The notes under the pieces: generated by a model
Seen by the model: only the letters and a program-made list of their open reading frames with translations
Database searches by the model: none
What the model was told of the DNA's origin: nothing
Shown here: positions 23,454-34,665 of the stretch, one piece after another
Layout: each line of letters begins with the position of its first letter
Position numbering within the stretch: position 1 is the first letter of the stretch
Program-made: the position numbers and the translations under genes
NCBI GenBank assembly: GCA_964304625.1
Contig: OZ199840.1
Coordinates: 9,594,882 to 9,658,881, forward strand
DNA length: 64,000 nucleotides
DNA from: Kudoa neothunni
Lineage: Eukaryota > Animalia > Cnidaria
Reading direction: 5' to 3'

Positions 23454-24663
23454 CCCTCTAATTGTTTGTTTTACGGGGTAAATTTTACCCCAAAACGATT
23501 CTGTTAATGGTATATCTTTTTATACAGTAAATTAATACCTAATAGATTCCAGTTATTCTTCTAACAAAATTTCGTCGTTAGTTTAATGAAAGAATTTTTG
23601 TCGAAAAATTATTGTATAAGTTTTAATGTTTATTTTATCTTGTAAAGGTTTTTGGGGTAAAATTTACCCCATGTTTTTTCTGATTAAAAATATTTCAAAT
23701 AACGTAAACTATTTAGAATTTAAATATTATAAAATTCTTATGTGCAGTTTTTGTCGAGAGTAAGGAAATGTTAGATAAATTAATTAAAACGCATGCGTGA
23801 ATTATATGAAGATGTGTGATTCTAATGATTTCTTCGATGAATTTTGTTTATCTGAGAGTGAGTATCATGTTTTTGGTGAAAATGTCAACTTATCGGCGTT
23901 TCTTGCTGAAAAATTGTTGGAAACTCTTGACCATAGAGATATGTTAAAAACTAGAGATACCACCATGCCTCCAATCATCACCAAATAGAGCTCGTTGTGG
24001 CAGCATTTTTGTACTCCGTGAAAAATATATGTTGATATCTTATGTTCCAAATAAATCAAAATGCGTGATTTTTTTGAAGAAATCGTTGAACAATTAAACA
24101 AAACATTGTTGACAACAAAATCCACAAACAAAACAATAAAAACAGGTCTTAGCATTGTTTATGCACACCAACAGGAACCTCCTCTTGTTAATGTCTTAAT
24201 GTAAAGCGAACAACATGTAGATACAGTGACAGCGACAGTGAGAGGAAAAATGATAAAAAATAGTTTAAATAATGCGAAAATTGTTATAAGTTTTATTGTC
24301 CATTTCACGCATTTAAAAACTGTATCAACTTCTCATAACTTTAAAGAATCCTTCTTATTTTTTGTTTTAATATTTCAACTGGCGCAACACATTTAATTCC
24401 GCTGAATTAATGCAATTATTTTTTTAATGAACATCGATGTGTACCGACATAAGACGGATCGTAAACGAAGCCGATTATCGCGGGGATTACGTCAAAATTT
24501 AATATGCATTCGCCAGTGTTTCATCCATAGGAATTAAAAATTATTCTACAATATTGATTATTAGATTTTTTAAAGTGTTATAATTCCAAAAAGATGTGAG
24601 GTCAAATTTCCCCCAAAATCCATTCATTATTACACGTTCATCGTTTTTGGTATCATTAGAAGG
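23454..24663 (+). mobile_element. non-autonomous piggyBac element
   Basis: TTAA on both sides (23450-23453, 24664-24667); TIRs CCCTCTAAT / ATTAGAAGG; subterminal GGGGTAAA.TTTACCCC palindromes; acidic N-terminal remnant (23797-23988) and CRD remnant CENCYKFYCPFH (~24270-24310). Confidence 0.75.
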
Positions 24664-26208
24664 TTAAACAACAACGAATCTTAAAATTTTTAAGGAAACC
24701 TTCTGTTCCACTTAGACCAATGATTTAAGATCCTCGGAAAAAAGTTTTGCCTTCTAAGTGTTAAAACTCTAGAATATTTGCCTTTTTTCAGTGTTCTGAC
24801 ACAATCCGGTCATATAACGCAATTTGAAGTTGGATGTACTTTTTATTTGTAATTCCTTTATTGTGAGAACAACATTGGAGTTCATTATATTTGATCTATT
24901 AGATAAAATTCTATTCAGAGAAGGATAACTAATTTAAATTTGAATAAAATTTATAATAGCAGAATTCATAATATTCTATAGCGTTATAAAATAATTTTTT
25001 GGCATTCGAATCATAATATTGAATAGTTCAATTTTTTACCAAAATTTCTTTCATCTTTCACAATACCGAACTTTCGAATATGTAATTTAGTGGATTAATC
25101 GGATTAAAACTTGAAGAAACCACTGCCCAATAGCAAGACCCCGAATTTTACAAAAAATGCGTTTTTTTAATATTAATTCATATTTTTGGATATAAAGCTG
25201 GAGTAGAAGACTATATACATCGAAAAAGTTACAATGTTGGTTACAGAAATTTGAAAAAAAATGTCAACTACCCTATATCAAACCTAACACTAGCGAGTCC
25301 TTACTGCAGGGATTCTCAACGGTTTTTTCAGATTTACTCACTCGGCGTCTTGAATGGTCCAAATTTACCCCTTAAGTTTGAAGCCAAATTCACATTTACT
25401 TTAAGACAATGTTTCTCACAGAGCTACAGCGAAAAGCAACATTTAACACTCATACTGAGAACTGAGAACTGAGTTTGGAGTCAAAAGTGACCCTAGAGAA
25501 AAGTTCACTTCTTAAAAGCTATGCTATAGTGATCAATATTAAAAATTCGAATTTATCGTTGTAAATTCACCTCTATATATGCCATTTTATATGCTAAAGT
25601 ATTGTTATTAGTATTCGAATTTATTCTGTGTTTATTCACGTATTAACTTAAATTCATCTTTAATTGATTTTGGGGTCATTTTCGACCCAAAAATAAATAA
25701 TTACATTAACAATTCGACATAATAAATAAATTTAAATAGTATCTTTGTTAATAAAATCTTTCCAACTTTTTAAACCTTTCTAAGGTTTTCCAGAAGGATC
25801 CTGAACAGCGGTAGACATAACATGACCCGTGGGCTGGAATTTGTCCCATGATGTTCCCTTCGGCTTTCGGGAGCAATAACAAGTTTACTATATAATTTAT
25901 CTATTTGTGATAGATGGGGTTTTAGTTTCTCTCTAAGATATTCCAAAAACCAGATTAATATTAATTCATCCGTAATTTTGTATACCCGAAATAAATAATT
26001 GTTTTCGTTAGATTTACCATTAGTAACATGAATAATTATTAAATTTGGCTAACATTATTTGGAAATTTTGAAGGAATAAAACATGAATTAACAGAAATAT
26101 GCGGCGTCACACAAGTTATGCGAACTAAAAAATCAATGAAATTGTATAAGGAAAGTTCCTTAATTATATTTTTTGGAATGGCGCTTATTATAAACAGATT
26201 AGCCCAGG

Positions 26209-26225
26209 CAGGGGTCGGCAACCGA
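26209..26225 (+). mobile_element. orphan hAT-type TIR (similar ends at 25307 and 35525)
   Basis: CAGGGGTCGGCAACC matches the Charlie/Buster TIR pattern; partner not found. Confidence 0.45.
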
Positions 26226-26409
26226 TATGACCGGAAGAGCTAATTATTGACGGAGGAGAAATTTTTTTCTACTTCCAGAGTCGCACATTAAATTTAAGCT
26301 CGAAAATCAAAACATTTAACTTTGAGACCATGAATACATCTCAGAAAAATCTAGAGAAAATTGTCCAATTAGTCTATCTACGCGTTTTCCTAAAAACTAA
26401 TTAACCTAC

Positions 26410-26730
26410 TATTTTTATTATTTATTATTTATTTTTATTATTTATTATTTATTTTTATTATTTATTATTTATTTTTATTATTTATTTTTATTATCTATTT
26501 TTATTATCTATTTTTATTATTTATTTTTATTATTTATTTTTATTATCTATTTTTATTATTTATTTTTATTATTTATTTTTATTATTTATTTTTATTATCT
26601 ATTTTTATTATCTATTTTTATCATCTATTTTTATTATCTATTTTTATTATTTATTTTTATTATCTATTTTTATTATCTATTTTTATCATCTATTTTTATT
26701 ATCTATTTTTATTATCTATTTTTATTATTA
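26410..26730. repeat. AT-rich minisatellite (20-bp units followed by 13-bp ATYTATTTTTATT units)
   Basis: Directly visible tandem array. Confidence 0.95.
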
Positions 26731-29598
26731 GTATTTTAATGTATGGAAAAATAATAAAAGAAAGTATGAGCTTGAATTTGTCTGATTACTTCATATAATA
26801 TTGTTATTTCATTTTTGATAATTTCTATTATGATGAATTAGGAATTTTACCATTAACCTCTTTATAACAAATATACGATATAAATTTTCACTTTCATAAA
26901 TATTATTGTCAACAAAAAGAAAATTTCAGGCATAAATTTAATCTTTTAAAATTGAAAGAGTTACTTTCTAGTGTATTTTCCTGAATTTAATTATTTCATC
27001 GACATTTTATATGGAGTTTTCTTTGTATTAAAACTAAAGAACGTTTAATATTACAAGAGAATTTTTTTTCCTGGATAACATTTAAAGAAAATATGTGTAT
27101 AACTACTTTTTTATGTAAATTTCGTTGATTCGACAAAATTTTAAAGTTGAAAAAATATCAACATTTTTATAAATCTAATTTAATGGGTTTTAAAAAGTTG
27201 TGCATATAAAAAAATAAGATGTATTTTGTACAATATTTGAAAAAATTTATTTTTAAATAATTTCAGTTTAGTAATAACCTTTTTATTACCAATAAATTTT
27301 GATTAATGTTCAAAAATAATATTTTTATTTATAAACGTAGATAAAAATGAGAACATTTAAACGGACACTTTTTGGGTAAAAAGCATTCACTCAAAAAATA
27401 TTACTCTAATAGCGTAATATTTTTATGGAACTGTCAACCAACAAGTTTTTTCTGTTTTCATAGATAACTTACTTGGCGACATAGCCCGCAATGGTGTTAA
27501 TAACGCCTTACTATTAATGGATAATATGAGATTACATAAAAAGATCTAGTAGAGGTCCAGATTCAATCCACAAACCATAGGTTATTATTTTTTCCATCAA
27601 ATTATGTCCATTGCAAGAAATAAATGACCACCTAATCAGGAGGAATTGATAAACGTAATTATGGTCAGCTCAAGTAGAGTTTCTAGTGATCATCTCCAAA
27701 ATTATGCGAATCAATCGGAATCCTATTTCGCAGCATGTAATAATTCGGAAGAAAATAACAACTAGATCAATTATATATACGTTGTGTTAAACACATGAAT
27801 TTTAAATTAATGCCGTTAAATATTGGATTTTTGTTTTAAAGTAAATAAAATTACAAATTTAAGTGGTAATTAAAAAAACAGTATAATTTTACATTTAAAC
27901 AATCCATTTTAGAGAAGCGTAAGTATTAAAAATCTGACACAGTGATTACAATCGATGATAAAAATAAATAAAAGAATTATAAATACTTGCAGACAGACTT
28001 TAATGTTCAAAAAATTATTCACTCTAACATAATTGGTCGTTTATAATTGTCAAAAAACATCTACATGCGATACAAATTAAATTTTATAATAAATAAGTTG
28101 CTTACTTAAAATGTTGCATCTAAGTTTTAAAATACTGTAATATTTATCATGCAGACGGCAACTTTACGTATTATTTATTATTATTATTATTATTAGATTA
28201 CATCACTAAAAAATAAACGAGTCATAAAAGAAAGAGACTGTTTATAATAATATAGATATTTGTTAAATAGTTATTTTTTTAAGCATTTCTTCCACTTTAT
28301 TATTGAGTTTTATCGCCATGAATAATATAATTCCTTGGGAATCCTTTGGTACAACACAAACTTTATTATGCAAGAATTATTCCAAACTCATTTAAAAGGG
28401 AAAGCTGTCGACATAGTATGAATTTTAATTTACCCCTGGTCATTCATCAATTTTACACAAGAAATAGCCTTCATTAAGTCTTATATTTCCCACGAAAAAT
28501 CATAAGATATATATGTTCCTATAAGACTGTCTAAAAAAGTATTGTAGATGAAGTTTATTCCAGCCAAAAATTGTTATTATCTTCATAGAAAACATTACCG
28601 ATGTCTAAGAAATTAATTACATGCTTAATTTACACCTACATTAGAAAGAGAAATATAATGAGAGTACATAAAAGATAAAAGAAACCAATAAAATTTTTTA
28701 TATTATTTCAAAAATAAGATATTTATGGTCAAATAATGTTTTTAATTTTTACTCAATAATATTTCTTTTAAGTTTCGCGCTTAAAGAGAACGTGATTATC
28801 CCTTAATGTTGTAACTAGAGGTTATTAATTATATTCCTGTCGAATAGTGACTACCAAGATGTTCCGAAATGATGTCAGGTCTTCTATAAAATTTACGTTA
28901 AAAATGCCACACTAATTCGTACTTTCGAGGAAAAAGGCTAATAGTTACGAAACGCTATGTTAGATTTTTGTTTCTTTGTCCTACGGGTGCAATTGCAATC
29001 TGTCTATGAACGTAATACCTAGTGGGTTAAAATAAGTGTAGCTCGTTATTTACGCACCAAAATTTAGTTAGGAAAATTAACGTATTTTATTATTGTTCTA
29101 ATAAAAATTAGTCGAAACGCAACCATGCGGTTCGATTCCACTCGCGCCACTTTAGATTTTGATGAGATTAAAAGTAGTGATGAGCCACTGATTCGTAGCA
29201 AAACATTATAATTCCTTAAAATCATAATATGATCATATTTTTCTAAATCATTCTTTTAATATGTATCTAAACGCATCAACATATCAAATAGTACAATCTA
29301 AAATCCAACATAAATTACCGACCACGCATGCTATATGGAAGCTTTATTGTAATCCTGTACAAGGTGAAACAAAGCGTGGCGAACGAACTGTTGAGTGGTA
29401 TAGATTAATCCTATTTAACTTACATTTTAAATACACGGATTATTATTTACGTTGTCATTGAAATCGGTGTACTACGACAAAAAATAATCTCACGACCACC
29501 TCAAAAACCTCATCTTATTGTTGTTAAATCCACCACTTCGATATATCTCACGTAAGTGTGGAATTGTTATGTCGTTAATTGAAAATAAAATTTTCTAG

Positions 29599-30503
29599 GT
29601 ACCCTCACAACGTTATTAACTAAGCTGCAACTTAAAGTTCATCTCATTTAAGCACTATCACGTGCTAAATATTATAGAACCACGTGATGGGGCTTTATTT
29701 GCAATCATCGAATTCTTGATTTTACACACTATCTGCACACTTTCTGCACACATTAATACGCCACTGTAACACCTAGTTATGTCGGTTGTTTTGCAAGGTT
29801 GAATACATCGACACTAAGCCACTATACCAGCTAGTTTATAATGTTTTGCTGGGATGGGGTGGAAAGGAAAGTTTCGCGTTCAACGAGATTATAGCAAGAA
29901 GTAGCCCTAAAGAAGAATTACAGTTCAATCATAACAAGAGTTAAAGCAGGAATAATTGACTCAACCACCAATGAAATTCTACTAATTATCTCTGAGGAGG
30001 GGAGCCCATTCATAGATTAATTTAAAATAATTGCCGCAATTTATTGCAAACACTGCACGCCACATTACCACACTGTTAACAAAGTTGGTGGTATTAGTTA
30101 ACGAGTAATGTCGGTTTGGTGGGTTTTGAGCCGGGACAGCAGTAAGAAGCAAATTAGGTGGACATCCAAGTGTATTGATAGATTATCTAAAAACGAAAGC
30201 GAAATAATGAGGTGACAAAGGTGTTAAAGACGCATAAATTCTGATGCTATGTTTAACACGCTTGATTTCGGTCCCCGTCGGTATTATTTGTAGTAGAGTA
30301 CCAACTGGGTTTGATCGGACGATATTCTCAGTAGGTATGTTTGTTATTATATACACGTTGATTGAACTCTTATGTACTACACGTGAAACAATAACCTTTA
30401 AGTATCATGTGTGCATGATTAATGTGTAATCAAGTTAATGATACTTGAGGTTATTGAATGATGGAGTTGTTTAAAAAAATCCACAAACACCCTTATCACT
30501 CCA
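29599..30503 (+). ncRNA. putative large structured RNA domain in the eIF4G leader (5' UTR and/or intron-hosted ncRNA)
   Basis: At least 8 consecutive hairpins, many with G-U pairs that work only on the + strand, plus long-range helices (see findings). It is preceded by a short leader intron at 29552-29598. Confidence 0.5.
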
Positions 30504-30547
30504 CACTCTACAACCCAGCTAAAATAATGTTATATTTAGATAAAACC

Positions 30548-31535
30548 ATGGTCAATCCTACAACTGCTACTTCAGCAGCAACCAACACAAATTCCAATAA
30601 TGAAGTGGATACATCACAGTCCACTAGAAGCAGTAATAGATCTTCAGTGAATAAGAATTCCTCATCCTCAAATGTTAATGTATTTTTTGATTATGATGTG
30701 CGAGATATTCACATTTGTGTGAATGAATGTAGACAACCTCCTCAACTGTTTACCGGACAGCGACTAGTGCGTCAGTTATAAGTGTTCCATCCGCTAATAT
30801 GACTACTACCACCGATACGTCTTCGCCATCATCCAACGCTGGCGGTGCTGATATGACCAGACAGGAAGGTTCCATCTCTCAACAGAACCCCGTTCCAACT
30901 GCAACTGCAACTCAAAGTCCTGGTATTTCATTTGTTTGTTTGTTTATTTATTCATTTATTTATTATTATTTTGTATGGAGCTAAACAAATCTGACATTGC
31001 ATTATTGTGCGCTTACAATGGTTTATATTGTGTTCAAACTTGTTGTGATAGTTACGCACATTTGTTAATTAAATAACTTAATAAACTTTCATTAACATGG
31101 GTTGATATTGATGGATATAGTTAACTATCATGAACCGAGACCACCCTTGTATATGTATCACCCAACACAATCATTTCCCAACAATCCTGCAATGCAAGTA
31201 GGTGCAAAATCCTACGCTACACCAATGATTCCTTTTCGACGAAATTGTCCCCCCAATATGTATAACCCAGGAGGTTTCTCGATGGATCCCAATTTCAGCG
31301 GACCTGCAACTTATTTCGCTCCACATGGTTATCCCACTCGAATGATGGGTACCAACCGTAATGGAATGATGCCAACTCAATATGCTGAAGGAGTTCGATA
31401 TTCACATCCTACCTTTGGATATCCTCCTCCACAACCAACATCCGCTCCTAGGAATCAAGAGTCAAACATTCAATTTACAAGTCTGATAAAAGGAGCACTG
31501 GGTGAAACACCCAAGGAGACTCCACCTCAGCAACA

Positions 31536-31566
<31 letters not shown>

Positions 31567-34500
31567 CAGCAACAACCACAATCACAACCACCACCACCCC
31601 AATCTACTAAAACTGGTAATTTTATCATAAAATTAGACATAGTTGGAACTGTTTTGTCAGTGGTTGAGGATGTGCAGAGAAAATCGTCAGTTGACGACGG
31701 AAAAGTGAACGAGCTGAGAGATCTGTTTAAGGAAATTGTCTGCTCCGATCATCCTCCTTCTTCTTCAAGAGAATCCAAAACCAATGAGGTTGTTATATCA
31801 TCGAACGTTATTGCCTCCAGCAAGGGGATAACCGACGTCTCTCCTAGAGACAGTGTGAATCAAGCTTCGATAGACTTTAGCGCTATTATCAAAAATGCAG
31901 CTCATGGTGAAACTCCGCCGGTGGCCACTTGTGAATATGGTCAAGAAATTGATGGGTTGAAAACTTACACAATCGAAGATATGTTGAATATTCGATCGAA
32001 ATTGACTTATGACGTGCAGAGAATGGTTCAAACTTTATCCAAATTCCGAATTGCTATACGAAGTAAGTACGCGAACAAATCAGAAAAATTGTGGAAAACT
32101 ATTTCCGAAAAGAAAGAGCTTGGTCTTGTTACTGATAAGGAAGTGTTCAATCATTCGTTGATGCAGATTCTCAACAAAATCACTGCGTTTAATTTCTATC
32201 AAAATTGGGCATCTTTCCGTAATCTCAAGTTCACATCGGCCGAATTGGTCACATTGTACGCGGAACTGTTGTATGACAAAGTGGTTGGTGAACATTCGTG
32301 GTCGTATGTGTATTCGGAGTTGGCTCGAATTTCCATCAACACTTTCAGTCAGATTCATGCAAAAGAAGGCTATGCTGATGTTTTCTTGAACACATTGTTG
32401 GCATGTGTCGATAAAGGCCTCCAAAGAGATCACAATGAAGAACAATGCATTAAAGAACTGAAAAAATCGACCAGCAAAGATATGGAAGCTATCGACAAAA
32501 TTATCGCTGAAACCGCCGAACGTGAAACTACATACAGAAAAAAACATTTTGGTGTGATTTTGTTTCTGGCCAATCTCTTCTACGATGATGTGATCACTCA
32601 AGAACGTATTGATGAGATAATTCTACAGATGAAAAAAGATACCGATTCTTTGGGAATTGAGTTGTATGTGTGCCTGCTGGAGAAGGTCTGCGTCAAATAC
32701 ATCGAGAACAACAATCGATCTATGATCACAACCATGTCCAAACATATCGACACATTGAATGATTATGTTTCCAGTCATTCCAAAGAACTCGTGTCCAAAG
32801 CCAGATTTGCTATGATGGATCTCTACAAGTATAAACAAGATAAATTCAAAACTCTACCGCCAAGAAACAAGGTGCCCAAACCGAATGAAGCTACAAGCGC
32901 TCGTAACAGTACTACTGCTGGTTCTCCATCGTCAGTCAACAGTGCCACCTCCACCGGTTTCTCCAGCCATGATTCACTCAGAAGAACGACAAATGTCGAT
33001 TCTAGCGTGTTCTCGAGAGGAGACCGGTCGAGCAATAGATTTAACGCACTCAACCGCGGAAGAGATCAACCTAGATTTAAAACTGAAGTCAGTGACAATA
33101 GAAGACCAAATCCTGATGCCTTTCATAATCCTAACAAAGGCAAAGGTTACAACAAAACTAGAGGCTCTGGTTCGTCGGCGGGAGTTTCATTCAATTGTGC
33201 TCGTTACGCTAGCATGGAAAGTGGAGTAAATGTGTCTTTGGATGTAGACAACGCCACTCTACCTACCAATGCTTCTTCTTTCACCAAGAGAACCGCAGCG
33301 GATTCGAGATCTGTTTCCTTGTTGAAACGCCAACCAAGCGCTGGAGACAAAGTGACCGTCACCAGCAACATCAAAGCATCTGGCATCCAACCCACTACCA
33401 TTTCTAGTTCTGCTGCTGCTGCAGGATCTTCTAATAATGATACGATAGCTGCTGGTGCTTCGGTTGCGAGAAGTGCATCAAGCATACAGGTTACACCCAG
33501 CAGAGCAGCATCAGTCGATCTGTCGAAACGTTTACTCTCTCAAGATGCATCCTCATTCGAGGTTGATGACATGAAAGACAATGAATTGAAAAATCTCGAA
33601 GAAACTGCCCAAACCCTTATTTCCAATTTCCACCAAAATGAGACAAATGTTTCGCGCTTTATCATCGAACTGTCCAGTTATTCGTTGTCCGATCGCATGG
33701 ATATTCTATTGAAGGAAGCTTTCAAATATTATAGTGATGTCTCTCATGGACATTACGCGTTTGGTATGCTGTTGAGCGAAATGATGGGTCGTTATCCAGA
33801 GTTGGTCAAAGTTGTTAAGGAAAATCTATCCGAACAACTTGTTGAGTTGCCACTTAATGCACTTGATGAACCAGTCCTGTGGGAATATTTCTATCTAACT
33901 GTGTTACCTATGTTGTCGAATGTGAGAATCTCATTAGATGATATTCATGAGCTCCTTTCTAAAACACCCGATGTGACTGACGTTGATGGCACCATCGTGA
34001 ATATGCTCGAATTGGGAGAGAAACGTCTTTCCAAATTCGAAGTCACCAAAATGGTCGCCAAACAAACTGGCAGTGCTGTTTGGAAACGTCTTACCGACGT
34101 CAGTAGCAGTTGCCAATCTGATATTATCAAAACAATATCCAAAAAGCTACCAATTGTCAATCCATTCGATTCCAACCAATTCTTCGATTGGGTAGACATT
34201 TTGCTGGACGTCAACTACGATTCTGTTTATCTCAGCAATTATTTCTCTCTTTTTTATGCTACGCCAGATGAGGGTTTGAAGGACGTTGCCAAATGTCTCT
34301 ATCTTTATGCTGCTATCGGAGACAATTTTACCAATGATCTCATCACCATTTTCAACAGACGTGACAAACAATGTCTGGATGAATTGTTCGGTGTGAATTC
34401 GTCAAGAAAGTTACTTTGCTATTTGGCTGAAATATTCGCCATGTTCAAATTCACACCCAACGGTAAGGATCTGTCCGAATATCAATTGTTATTAATATTT

Positions 34501-34665
34501 GATGCGCTTCTAGGTGTCATTGTAGATATTGGTGTTCCACTCTATAAGAACAACCATGTAGATAAAGATTGGCTCAATTCATGGAGACAGCAAGACGATA
34601 AACCTTACGATTCGTCCAAAGTCGATCCTGATATTTACAAAATTATCAAATCAAGAAGTGATTAA
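30548..34665 (+). CDS. EIF4G: Eukaryotic translation initiation factor 4G (eIF4E-binding motif, MIF4G, MA3-like and C-terminal HEAT regions)
   Basis: YTIEDML (~31966) is a variant YxxxxL-phi motif; MIF4G motifs MQILNKITAFNF, LYDKVVGEHSWSYVYSELAR, FGVILFLANLF and SKARFAMMDL; exons 30548-30679, 30733-30922 and 31121-34665 (with two probable in-frame introns). Confidence 0.9.
31528..31575 (+). repeat. CAG/CAA polyglutamine tract in eIF4G
   Basis: About 16 consecutive Gln codons. Confidence 0.95.

Noticed and set aside
29902-29911. Telomerase RNA template (TAGCCCTAA)
   Set aside because: Mismatch to the CTAACCCTAA-type template and no recognisable adjacent telomerase pseudoknot.
30352-30515. 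H/ACA snoRNA (two hairpins plus ACA)
   Set aside because: No ANANNA H box in the hinge; kept only as an unclassified structure.
31171-34371. Multiple antisense and alternative-frame ORFs over eIF4G
   Set aside because: Shadows of a long coding exon with no recognisable motifs.
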